DNA from: a virus
DNA: 64,000 bases
IMG/VR virus record: IMGVR_UViG_3300027896_000023
Location: 20,166-84,165 of that record
Reading direction: 5' to 3' (one strand)
Position 1 is the stretch's first letter, and the number at the start of each line of letters is the position of its first letter. A model generated the notes under the pieces. That model worked only from the letters and a program-made list of their open reading frames with translations. It did no database searches and was not told the DNA's origin. The position numbers were made by a program, and so were the translations under genes. Below are positions 1-9,221 of this stretch, one piece after another.

Positions 1-382
1 TTCTTGGCCTGGGTGTTCTTGATGATTGTTCTGCAGGGCCACTTCACTGTTGGAGAAGACAACCTGTGGATCCGTTACTGCGAAGTTGCCTTGGTAATCT
101 ATGGGGCTTGCTACGCAGTTTTTCTCTGGGTATCTTTCATGCGTTATTATTCGGCGTAAAAAAAATTTTTAGGTTACAGGTGCTTGTAGATCCATTTGCC
201 AAACAAGTACCCAAGAACAGCAATCCACAACGCGATACCTGTCCACCCGGCTAAATCATTATAGTAGTTTGCCCCAACCATAAACAGCAAAGTGCCTACA
301 AGCAACAGCAGAATCAACACAGCATTCAATTTATCCATACGGTATGGTACCTACAAACAAAATATATATTTTGCGTCGACCA

Positions 383-492
383 AAAAAATTGCAGCAGGGG
401 CGAAGCATACCATCCGTTGCGATAGGACAGTTACTCCGATAGCCTGCTGCATCCACATTCCGCCATATCCAGTGGGGGACCAGACGGACTTC
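383..492 (-). ncRNA. Candidate ~110-nt small structured RNA
   Basis: On the minus strand: hairpin UCCGUC/GGCGGA, then a long stem UGCAGCAGG/CCUGCUGCA enclosing GGAGUA/UGCUUC and UGUCC/GGAUG. The mismatches are G-U only on this strand. Ends in a U7 tract; TATA-like TATATAG at ~523-517. Confidence 0.5.
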
Positions 493-599
493 AAAAGTTA
501 TTTACCTAAAAGAAAGCTATATACTTATTTCAAAGTTATTTACACCAAAAAAAAGTATATACGTCAAAAAAATTTTATAAAGGCATCGATCACGCCCAT

Positions 600-930
600 C
601 GATTTTACGTTCAACAACAAAATCTCAAGCAGTGTACAACACCAACAACAAACAAAACAGGCAGACAACAACAAACAACAACAAAGGCGCCCCAACCAGA
701 ACCCGCAAGGTTCTCCAAAGAGAACCAAAACCCCCAAACACACACACCCCAAACAAAGTGCCATGTATCTTATGTGATTTTGGCTTTATTTGACTGTTTG
801 ATTTTTGTTTATTGGGTGAACTGTTGGATTTTTGCGCGCGCTAGATTTTTGTTTATTGGTTGTTTTTTTATGGTTTTTGTGGTTATTATAATGTTATATT
901 ATTTTAAAGGCTAATTTAGGCTTATTTTAA
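600..930. other. Origin-like low-complexity region with A/C-rich to T/G-rich strand switch at ~760
   Basis: CAA/CAC-rich 615-755 followed by TTG/TTT-rich 775-910; no credible ORF. Confidence 0.4.
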
Positions 931-932
931 CG

Positions 933-969
933 TGTTACGCATAACACTTATTAAGGTGTATGCGTAACA
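933..969 (+). promoter_or_regulatory. TATA box (TTATTAA, 948-954) embedded in an 11-bp inverted repeat
   Basis: TGTTACGCATA (933-943) and TATGCGTAACA (959-969) flank the TATA element upstream of the large RNA candidate. Confidence 0.55.
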
Positions 970-979
970 TGGATTAACG

Positions 980-1790
980 AAAAAGGTGTGTGATCCAAAA
1001 AAGACAACTAAAAAAGCGTTGGGCGCGCGCGCGCGCCCAAACCAGCCTTAAAGGCTTGGTGAACGGAACAGCACCGTTTAATCAACTGCCAAACATCCCA
1101 ATACCATTACGGGAACGGATGGATGCTAAACTGAATGGCAAGGTCTACATGGTTAAACGGTGAAATAAAAATCTGTGGTGCTTCATCAAAAGATTTAGGA
1201 CGGTTGACGATTGCCTATCGTACCTTAACATATAGCTCCTGCTAGGTGTGTTGCCTCCAGATTAAGCTGGACGGTGCTAGTTAACCTGATGTACAAATAA
1301 GGGTTAATTTGAGAGACTGAGACAACAAAAAATCCGCTAATTATGAGTCCCAACTTTTACGGTTGCCTGCGGTATGTTAAGGAAAAACTGCGCAGAAATG
1401 GCAAAAGACTGATGCCAAAGGAACTTCAATGTTTCAATAAACCGCCCTAAATCGAGTAGGCAATCGGGACGGGCTAGCACCGTAACCCAACAACATAACT
1501 GCAAGTGAAACACGTACATAAATTTGAAAGGTAAATTGCAATAAACCGAGTATGGACACCCGCAAGATAGTCACGAAAGGGAGATTTACCGATTAAAGTT
1601 AAAACAGTTATGGCTTGGTAACGGTGCACCCGCACTACTGAAATTCTACAACACTTGCGTTATGGCTTAACAAGTCATGGCGCAGACACACACACGCAGG
1701 CTAATACTCGCCTGCCGACCGCAAGGTCGTACCCCTAGATCTTTTTTCTACGCAGTTATGCGCTCGAGTCGTTGCAAATTACGACGAGAG
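980..1790 (+). ncRNA. Candidate large (~800 nt) ornate structured ncRNA; ends approximate
   Basis: No credible ORF. Many helices, e.g. 1072-1081/1153-1162, 1192-1205/1440-1453, 1208-1217/1457-1466, 1271-1280/1474-1483, 1494-1502/1752-1760, 1656-1668/1672-1684 (3 G-U), and a GCAA tetraloop hairpin at 1716-1729. Confidence 0.7.
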
Positions 1791-1807
1791 AACTAGGAGG
1801 ATTAGTT

Positions 1808-2197
1808 ATGTCAACCAGTATTGAACGACTTTTAGATAGAAACGCCGATAAAATCTACTATCACCCTCGCACAGGCGAGAAGATGTCAACCTGCACCTGT
1901 GGAGACAAGGTACATTCAATGCCACCAATCTCCAACCTGCACACGAACGGATGCCCACGCACTACGTACCACCGAATGGTCAACGCCCAGTGGATAGGCG
2001 ACACGCCGATTCCGACAGGGCAACTCAAGACATTCTGGGGAGAACGTAAGCATGGATACGTCAGCAAGCACCAACACGCACAGCATGGCGCAGGCAGATT
2101 CCTACCTCCGCAGATGCCAGAACGCAAAGTGAGGATACTCTGCAGACACATAGACCGCGCAATCAAAGAGACCAAGACCACTGTACAAGTTGCCTAA
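1808..2197 (+). CDS. Hypothetical protein with Cys/His motif
   Basis: ORF; GGAGGA RBS 5' of ATG 1808. Confidence 0.7.
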   Translation: MSTSIERLLDRNADKIYYHPRTGEKMSTCTCGDKVHSMPPISNLHTNGCPRTTYHRMVNAQWIGDTPIPTGQLKTFWGERKHGYVSKHQHAQHGAGRFLPPQMPERKVRILCRHIDRAIKETKTTVQVA

Positions 2198-2361
2198 TCC
2201 TCCCAGTAATAACGTAAAAGGAGTGTGAAAGAAAAATGGAACATCAACCATCCATCCAACAGCGAGTACAAACCGTCTACGACTCTCTACAGGGAAGTAG
2301 CAAAACCGTGACCTCAGACATCAGAACAGCACTATACATAGTGCGAACGGTGGGAGTCTAA

Positions 2362-2580
2362 ATGGGACACATGCACTCACCATGCGAAAACTGCTTGGGA
2401 GTCGGGTGTGAATCATGCCCGAAATACATCCAAGCCAAGCAACTAGCAGAGTTCGAAGCCAAGCAGTGTGAGGATCAGCTCAAATGGGAACAAGCCCAAG
2501 ATGTACTCGTCGATCCAATCCAGCGGTCTGATTCACCTAAAGGTTGGAAACAATATACAGAAAGGCTACGTCATCAGTAG
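2362..2580 (+). CDS. Small Cys-rich hypothetical protein
   Basis: ORF with CxxC..CxxC, abutting an upstream small ORF (2236-2361). Confidence 0.6.
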   Translation: MGHMHSPCENCLGVGCESCPKYIQAKQLAEFEAKQCEDQLKWEQAQDVLVDPIQRSDSPKGWKQYTERLRHQ

Positions 2581-2589
2581 CCTCTTTTT
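2563..2589 (+). terminator. Hairpin plus T-tract
   Basis: AGGCTAC-gtcatca-GTAGCCT-CTTTTT. Confidence 0.5.
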
Positions 2590-2666
2590 CTCAGTGACCA
2601 ATATGACTCAATTACTAAATCTCGGAGAAGATGGGCGGTCTAACAAGACTCGTGCTATCACTGAGT

Positions 2667-2689
2667 CGGTGCAGAAATGCACCGTTTTT
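2667..2689 (+). terminator. Hairpin (GAAA loop) plus T-tract
   Basis: CGGTGCA-GAAA-TGCACCG-TTTTT. Confidence 0.5.
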
Positions 2690-2726
2690 CTCAGTCACAG
2701 AATGACAAACCTATGGAGGTGTATTT

Positions 2727-3044
2727 ATGGATGAAAATGAAGATGAACGGCGACTTATCGCTTTTCTCAACAACACAGGATTAGGAGTAAAGATTGAATC
2801 CACTGACGTCATTAACTCAGCACTCTACGCTTGGTCCACATTGCCAGTCTCGCATAACCCAACAATGACTCGATGTTTCATACAGGACTTCGCAGCATCA
2901 CTTGATCGGAAACACTTCTTTCAAAGCTACGAACAACTTCAGGAGTTCTGGGATCTCGCTGGCAAAAGAGTCCAGGGCATGCATGAACTCAGCAAAGTTG
3001 GCGCAGCACTCACTGTTAGTCGCAGGGAGGTGAAAGAAATATGA
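2727..3044 (+). CDS. Hypothetical protein
   Basis: ORF with GGAGGTG RBS. Confidence 0.7.
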   Translation: MDENEDERRLIAFLNNTGLGVKIESTDVINSALYAWSTLPVSHNPTMTRCFIQDFAASLDRKHFFQSYEQLQEFWDLAGKRVQGMHELSKVGAALTVSRREVKEI

Positions 3045-3288
3045 TAAGCACAGTATCACGTAAAGAAGCGTTGAAAGCAATCTGCACTTTATGCAAGCCA
3101 CATGCTTGCAGTGTATGTTATGATCCGCTTGAAACTTCAGGCGTTACAATGGAACAGTTACAAAAATACTTCAATCCTTAATCTCCGTTTCTTTGGAGAC
3201 AAACCATGTTTAGCAGCGAAGGGTTACACAACGGCTGCACCTGTAGCTTCCACAATTGACAGGCCCATGGCGATGTAACCTATAAAAA

Positions 3289-3654
3289 TTGGAGGAAAAA
3301 TCTTTGCGAAAACCCGCAAACATAGAACTGCTCGAACACTTCAAGCTTGATGACCTTGGGTCTCAGTTTGAAATGGTCGAACGTAAATCTCCCGTGATAG
3401 AGAAAAGTAAAAGGAAAGTCGAATGGCACGCTGTTTTTCCAATGCATATTCCACAACAGGACTACATGGATAAAATGGCTTCAACAGCAATCGCTAAAGA
3501 CAACTGCATCAGACTCGAACCAGGACACACACATGTCTTAGACGTCGCAATATGCTTCAGATGCACTCCACAGGAATGCCTCAGCAACCATGCATGTGTT
3601 CGCAAGCAAGCGGTACACTCAACCCTTGCACACATGAACAGGGCTAAGTGGTAG
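3289..3654 (+). CDS. Hypothetical protein (start may be TTG 3304)
   Basis: ORF with GGAGG RBS, overlapping the AAA gene start. Confidence 0.6.
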   Translation: MEEKSLRKPANIELLEHFKLDDLGSQFEMVERKSPVIEKSKRKVEWHAVFPMHIPQQDYMDKMASTAIAKDNCIRLEPGHTHVLDVAICFRCTPQECLSNHACVRKQAVHSTLAHMNRAKW

Positions 3655-5372
3655 ATATGACAGCTTCAGATATAACCGGCGCAAGCAACAACTGGCTTGT
3701 CGAAGATGCAATCCGAAGACGTGCACAGTGGACCTGCAGCCCAATCAAAGTAACTGAAGACAAGAAACGCATCGACCAACTCATAGACAGCGCAGCAACA
3801 GGCGGCCAAGCATTACTCCTTGGACAAGTCAAAGGATACCGCAAGATCTTAGAGTGGAATCTCCAACGCAATGAACTAAAAGAAATCAGCAAGCCAGGCA
3901 GAGAAATCATAAGAGTACCAGTCGCAGATCAAGACCAGCCAGTAATACAATTGATCGACAAGGAACTACATAACACGAGTCCATTAGGATCCGACGGCTT
4001 ACCAACACAACCGCAGTCAGCACTTGTAATCATCCACAACGTAATGACTAAACCGCAGGCAGATGCAATCGCTAATTGGTTAGTGGCATGGAGTAAAGAC
4101 AACAGCTTATTCGTCAACCAAGGAACAGTCTATACTTTCACTACAGACGAATCATTGTTCATTGAACCAGTGCGACGCGCATGCAACGTCCAGTATATAC
4201 CAACAGGATCAGTAGAGGAAATCCGTGCGCAGATACAAAACCTCGTTGACAAAATCAACAAGAACAACAGGGAAATGCGGCTACGAGTAGACGAACAGGA
4301 AGTCCAAGCAGCTAAAGGATTAGATCTCACACAGACAGTCACATCATATCTCTATGGCCTATCAATCTCAAAGACAACGCCGAAACGATGTGGAGTTGAA
4401 CCCTTCACAGAGATGAAGATTCAACAGTTGAAGACTATCGGATTGAACTTGAAGACACCAGAGATTGGCCCCGACGACTTAGGCGGATACCAAAGTCTCA
4501 AAGCAGAAATCAACTTCATCGCATCGCTAGTGCAAGATCCAGCGAAGACAGCTCATTATGGCCTATCATTGCCAAGAGGATTCTTGCTGGATGGCCCACC
4601 TGGAACCGGCAAGACAAGGATCGCTGAAGTATTAGCTTGGATATTGAAGATGCCGTTTGTGAAGCTGGAGAACAACAACTTGTACAAAGGAATCGTTGGA
4701 GAGTCAGAAGCAACTGTCAACAAGATCTTCCGCGCATTAGAAGCCCTAAGCCCACTGGTGCTGTTCATAGATGAAGCAGATGCAGTGTTTCCACGCAGAG
4801 ACAAACAGGTCTCTACAGATTCAGGTGTAGGACGACGTGTATTCAACGACATGCTGGATAAACTGGCAAGTCCAAAGAGAGGCTACCTTGTGATGATGGC
4901 TACCAATCTCGTAGAAGACATAGATGAAGCAGCAATCAGACCTGGAAGAATTGGCGCATGTTACTACGTTCCATATCCCGATATGGCAGCGAGACAACAG
5001 ATATTCCAAGTGCAATGCACACGTCTGCATCATTACTTGATGGATCCACAGATCGACTACAGCTATCTTGCAAAGCAATCATGTATGATGAGTGGCGCTG
5101 AAATAGAGAAGTGGTGCGAACTTGCATCCCAACAAGCATTGAGACAAAACAGCGAACCAGTAACACAAGGGCACTTCGAAGACGTAGAAGAACAAGTCAC
5201 AGTTAACATCGACGAACGCATCGCAGACATGCGTAAGAAAATCGAAGTACGCAAACACATCATGAACTTCAACGTACCACAGATGGATCGTGACATCCAA
5301 GGATTAATGGCGGAGATCACAGGCAGACAAGGCAGCAGCATCGACACCTTCACACAAAATCTAGGAAAATAA
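3648..5372 (+). CDS. AAA+ ATPase, Ycf46-like
   Basis: Walker A GPPGTGKT, Walker B LFIDEAD, sensor ATN, SRH IRPGRI; degenerate N-terminal domain; DLGGYQSLK. Confidence 0.9.
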   Translation: MVDMTASDITGASNNWLVEDAIRRRAQWTCSPIKVTEDKKRIDQLIDSAATGGQALLLGQVKGYRKILEWNLQRNELKEISKPGREIIRVPVADQDQPVIQLIDKELHNTSPLGSDGLPTQPQSALVIIHNVMTKPQADAIANWLVAWSKDNSLFVNQGTVYTFTTDESLFIEPVRRACNVQYIPTGSVEEIRAQIQNLVDKINKNNREMRLRVDEQEVQAAKGLDLTQTVTSYLYGLSISKTTPKRCGVEPFTEMKIQQLKTIGLNLKTPEIGPDDLGGYQSLKAEINFIASLVQDPAKTAHYGLSLPRGFLLDGPPGTGKTRIAEVLAWILKMPFVKLENNNLYKGIVGESEATVNKIFRALEALSPLVLFIDEADAVFPRRDKQVSTDSGVGRRVFNDMLDKLASPKRGYLVMMATNLVEDIDEAAIRPGRIGACYYVPYPDMAARQQIFQVQCTRLHHYLMDPQIDYSYLAKQSCMMSGAEIEKWCELASQQALRQNSEPVTQGHFEDVEEQVTVNIDERIADMRKKIEVRKHIMNFNVPQMDRDIQGLMAEITGRQGSSIDTFTQNLGK

Positions 5373-5397
5373 AAGAAAGAAAACCGGAGGAAAATGT

Positions 5398-5796
5398 ATG
5401 AGTCATTTCACCGTGTATAGAATATGTAAAATCAATGGCCTTACAGAAGGCTTTTTGATCCGTGCTGTAGAGTTCTGGGCTAAACAGTTAGGTGCCCAGA
5501 TCTTCTATGGCAAAATCCCCTTCGCCTTTGGCGAAGCACAGAAAGTTGTTGTTGGTTTCCAAACCGAAGACATGCGGTCTCCCATCGGCTTCAAAGTAAC
5601 GGCTGATGGAGGATTGCAGGTCTGTGGAGACAGCTACATGCAGCAAGACGAGTTTGCTAAATACAAGATGATGGCTGAGTCAGGCGTCTTAACGAACAGC
5701 TATCTCGTTGCACAGAAGGCAAAGTCTGAAGGCATGACCTTCACGCTGCAGGTACAGGAGACCCAAGTGCACATGGAAGTGGATTATAATGCCTAA
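5398..5796 (+). CDS. DUF1257/Ycf35-like protein
   Basis: MSHFT N-terminus, IGF...GD motif, position after a Ycf46-like ATPase. Confidence 0.6.
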   Translation: MSHFTVYRICKINGLTEGFLIRAVEFWAKQLGAQIFYGKIPFAFGEAQKVVVGFQTEDMRSPIGFKVTADGGLQVCGDSYMQQDEFAKYKMMAESGVLTNSYLVAQKAKSEGMTFTLQVQETQVHMEVDYNA

Positions 5797-5974
5797 AGTT
5801 AAAATCGATTTCAAGTTCGATGGAACAATGAAGACTGAAGCTGAAGGATTCGAAGGCGGCAAATGCGTGACAGCAACCAACAACCTGATTGAAGCTATAG
5901 CTAAACGTCAGACCGATCAACGATTCAAGACTGATTATTATGTCAACGAAAACGCGGTTAATATTGGTAATTAA
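5789..5974 (+). CDS. DUF2997-like small protein
   Basis: DG...EGFEGGKCVTAT..L...KTDYY pattern. Confidence 0.75.
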   Translation: MPKVKIDFKFDGTMKTEAEGFEGGKCVTATNNLIEAIAKRQTDQRFKTDYYVNENAVNIGN

Positions 5975-6116
5975 AACCGATGGCACGATCGAGACTGGAC
6001 AGAAGGAAAGCGGAGAAGCTTTCCATTTTCCATGTGTAGATCAACCTCAAGATGACGCAGCTGATAAGTTACTCTCAGACATAGCGAAAACTAAGCAGTC
6101 AAGTTGGTGTGGATAA
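5964..6116 (+). CDS. 50-aa hypothetical protein ending WCG (not in ORF track)
   Basis: TTG-start ORF filling the gap between the DUF2997-like gene and 6117. Confidence 0.55.
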   Translation: MVIKTDGTIETGQKESGEAFHFPCVDQPQDDAADKLLSDIAKTKQSSWCG

Positions 6117-7373
6117 ATGCCAAGTAAAAGAGAAGTAGATATTCCCGATGCTTTAGACATCGCATTGCAAGGTATCAACTTTAGCAGTCCTACTGTAGAT
6201 ATAGATATTCCAACGCCATGCATTGAAGATGACAGGAAAATTCAAAGCTTCACGCAAAGCCTACCTGAACCTGAAGAAACTGAACTGCAACTGCTTATGT
6301 CCAGTAAACCCGTAGTGTTGCAGGGCTTCTTGTTCTCCATGCATTTCAGTGGAGATGACTTGCTGAAGCTACAGGTGAATAATCTGGATGACAGCCACTT
6401 CAACGAGATGAAAGATTGGCTTGAAGATACTATGCTGGAGATTGACAAGTCACATACCGAACGACATAACAGCGGTGCATCCAGCTGGGAAGGATCAGGT
6501 ACTCGTCTCAAAGACTTTGTTGATACAGGTGAAGCAGAGAATACGCCTGATAGATCACGCAGCATCAAGATCAGAATGTTTCCGCGTTCATTCAGCAACA
6601 GCTTAGCACGCATCAAAGAAGACTTAGTGTATGAACGACTCCGCAAATGCATCAGCATCACCACGTATAGCAGTGGCAGATTCAAACAGATGATCTTCGT
6701 CTTGCCCTTCAGCAAAGCAACTGAGATGGTAACAAAGATCGCTGAAGCCAACGTGAAAGTAGATGCAGTCAACGCAGAAATCAAAGAGTATGTGCAAAGC
6801 AAAGACTACACTAAGCTACATGAAATCCTAGAGAACTACAAACTTGAGAAGCTTGCAGACGAACGCAGCTGGAAGATACCTCACATCAGATATGAATTGC
6901 AACCCTTCAACCTAGACACCAAAGCAGTTATGGACATCATGAAAGTTGGAAACAAAAACGTCAAAGAAGAACTGAAAGAAAAGTACAACGCTGGCTTAAA
7001 AGAAATCGAGGCAACTCTCAACGAGAAAAACAAAACCATGAGTACACAAATCATGCAGGTATTCAAATCTGAAATCGACAAGCAAGTAGGGCAGATCGTA
7101 GCACGTGCAAAGATGGAGACTAAAACTGCAGCTGAAACTTCTGAGTCTCTGAAGCAGGAACTAGATGACCTCAAAGAGAAAGCAACATCGATTGGTATGG
7201 AAGCGTTAGCTGGCACAGTGATTGATCCCTTGACAGCACTTATAGATAATCCAAGTAAGGCAGCTGAACTCTTCGGTGTCTCTGTGATGAGTGACTTGCA
7301 ATATGAAGTAGACGATAGGATCGTAGCGTTCCTACGTACTCAAGCTACAGGTGTAGAAGATGCCAAGCTGTGA
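6117..7373 (+). CDS. Coiled-coil protein, possibly DUF3150-like
   Basis: 418-aa ORF with helical C-half; in the Ycf46/DUF1257/DUF2997 context. Confidence 0.55.
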   Translation: MPSKREVDIPDALDIALQGINFSSPTVDIDIPTPCIEDDRKIQSFTQSLPEPEETELQLLMSSKPVVLQGFLFSMHFSGDDLLKLQVNNLDDSHFNEMKDWLEDTMLEIDKSHTERHNSGASSWEGSGTRLKDFVDTGEAENTPDRSRSIKIRMFPRSFSNSLARIKEDLVYERLRKCISITTYSSGRFKQMIFVLPFSKATEMVTKIAEANVKVDAVNAEIKEYVQSKDYTKLHEILENYKLEKLADERSWKIPHIRYELQPFNLDTKAVMDIMKVGNKNVKEELKEKYNAGLKEIEATLNEKNKTMSTQIMQVFKSEIDKQVGQIVARAKMETKTAAETSESLKQELDDLKEKATSIGMEALAGTVIDPLTALIDNPSKAAELFGVSVMSDLQYEVDDRIVAFLRTQATGVEDAKL

Positions 7374-7623
7374 GTGCGGATGGGAAGGAACATGGTACGA
7401 GACAGAGAAGTCTTGTTGCCCAGTATGTAGCAAACCGTTAGGAGATAAGAAACATGAATCGTAAAGTGCAGATCACCCGCAAATATAATCTTGGCTGTAT
7501 CGGCAAGCAGTACGAGTCAGTTGAATTCTGCGTAAGTGGATGCAATACAGCTGAAGTAATTGCGGAAATTGAACACGCCTATGTAGATTACATAGCTTCA
7601 ATCACGTCAGGGGTGATACATTA

Positions 7624-7845
7624 ATGGCAACTAAACAACTGCCTAAGAAGTTTAGTGAGTGGACAGATGAACAACTCATCAACTACTACAAGGAATTGCA
7701 TAGCTGCATCAACATCTCAGAATGCTTCAGCACTTCAGACCTTATGAACTATGATAACATGGAGATTGAACTCATTAAACGAGGCTACGAAGTAAAAGAA
7801 ACCACGCATATAACAGTGCAGAAAAAGATTGAAGAGGAGGGATAG
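7624..7845 (+). CDS. Hypothetical protein
   Basis: ORF with GGTGA RBS. Confidence 0.65.
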   Translation: MATKQLPKKFSEWTDEQLINYYKELHSCINISECFSTSDLMNYDNMEIELIKRGYEVKETTHITVQKKIEEEG

Positions 7846-7846
7846 T

Positions 7847-8245
7847 ATGGCAAGATACTACATACGTCAAGTAAACGTTGCGTCTCAGACGGATCGCCTA
7901 GATGAAGACGGAAATCCACAGGTGTACAAAGTTTCTCAAGCGCAGGATGGACATTGGGAGTGCAGTTGTAAGGCATGGATATTCCAACGGGCACATCTAC
8001 TCGATGGACGACGAGCTGATGAATGGGAGACTCCAAATGGAGTATGTAAGCACGCTTGGTGGGTGATCCAGAACGAAGGACGCATGGCTACAGCTGTAGC
8101 TGCTGGTGGAACACACAGGATCGAATCAGAAGGACTCTTCGTGGACATAGCAGATGGACAGATCATTGGATTCCTTGCGCATCTTGGTGCGCCACCTCAA
8201 GTACCCACGGTTGCCCGTGATGTTTTCCATCCACGGCGCCGCTAA
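7847..8245 (+). CDS. SWIM zinc-finger protein
   Basis: Y.V......WECSCKAW...CKH motif; GGAGG RBS. Confidence 0.75.
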   Translation: MARYYIRQVNVASQTDRLDEDGNPQVYKVSQAQDGHWECSCKAWIFQRAHLLDGRRADEWETPNGVCKHAWWVIQNEGRMATAVAAGGTHRIESEGLFVDIADGQIIGFLAHLGAPPQVPTVARDVFHPRRR

Positions 8246-8404
8246 ATAAACGATCTACAGGTGAAGTTTCTATGGGAACAATAGACATCTTAGCTTTAGC
8301 TTCGGGCTTGATCCCGATGACTGCCTTGCAAGCTTGTGACAAGATGCAAAGCAGCGGCAAATGCGAGAACAATTGCCGTACATGTGCCATTATAATACAG
8401 TTAA

Positions 8405-8671
8405 GTGGACAAACTCTGCTTGGCAAAGGACAGAAAACACTTGAACCATGATGACGGGTGCTTTAACTGCGACAACTGTAGTGCATCTACACCTACAGCT
8501 TGGATGAAGGTAGAGAACAACCATAAACTCTGCCCCAAATGCGCTCAACATCTAGGTTGCCACTGTACTACACGTAGATGTGTACCTTACGAAGCTTGGC
8601 TCAACAGTAGTTCCTTATGTGGAGCATGCACTAGCGTTTGCATCTGGATAAAACTACAGGTGAAGCAGTAA
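8405..8671 (+). CDS. Cys-rich zinc-finger protein
   Basis: Multiple CxxC pairs. Confidence 0.5.
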   Translation: MDKLCLAKDRKHLNHDDGCFNCDNCSASTPTAWMKVENNHKLCPKCAQHLGCHCTTRRCVPYEAWLNSSSLCGACTSVCIWIKLQVKQ

Positions 8672-8823
8672 TGCCAACATTAACATGTGCTCGCTGCAAA
8701 GCCACAGAAGAATATGATGAGCCGAAAACTCTACAGGATTTGCCTGATGGTTTATGGATGAATGGTAAATGGTACTGTAGCAGATGCGCTAACAGAGTAG
8801 CCATTCAACATCCTCCCCACTAA
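8671..8823 (+). CDS. Small zinc-ribbon protein
   Basis: CARC...WYCSRC; TAATG overlap with upstream gene. Confidence 0.55.
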   Translation: MPTLTCARCKATEEYDEPKTLQDLPDGLWMNGKWYCSRCANRVAIQHPPH

Positions 8824-8876
8824 ACTACAGGTGAAGAAGATGAAGAAGACCAAGCGGATCAGAGGACACCTCTACA

Positions 8877-9080
8877 ATGATGGGACTCCAAGCGAAGTTG
8901 GACCCGATGGTGAACGTTACTATGGGTAAACTACAGGTACAGTTAGAAGGAAACTTTGAAGATATGAGTCGCATCTACGAATTCATGAAACTCCATACCA
9001 AATCTGCCTCGAAAGCAACGTGGCTAAGCAAACCAGATGACGCACTCGTCTCCGCCGTCTCCTTCTCCGTCACAATCTAA
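8877..9080 (+). CDS. Hypothetical protein
   Basis: ORF in a dense + strand gene run. Confidence 0.45.
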   Translation: MMGLQAKLDPMVNVTMGKLQVQLEGNFEDMSRIYEFMKLHTKSASKATWLSKPDDALVSAVSFSVTI

Positions 9081-9221
9081 ACTACAGGTGCAACCTCAAT
9101 GGAGAATCCCTTCTGGTTCTACGATGGCGGCGTCGGCATGTGCAAATGGATATGGTTCTGGGTGGAGATGGCTGGTATCCCAACCAGAGATTGTCCCCGT
9201 GACTACTAACTACAGGTGTAG

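Noticed and set aside
389-451. Possible tRNA
   Set aside because: No D-loop, T-loop or anticodon arm in cloverleaf order; folds as one long hairpin
292-777. 161-aa ORF in the track
   Set aside because: Low-complexity translation of the CAA-rich non-coding region, with no RBS
2560-2600. Hammerhead ribozyme suggested by CUGAUGA on the minus strand
   Set aside because: The sequence is the loop of a simple hairpin; no correctly placed GAAA or three-stem core
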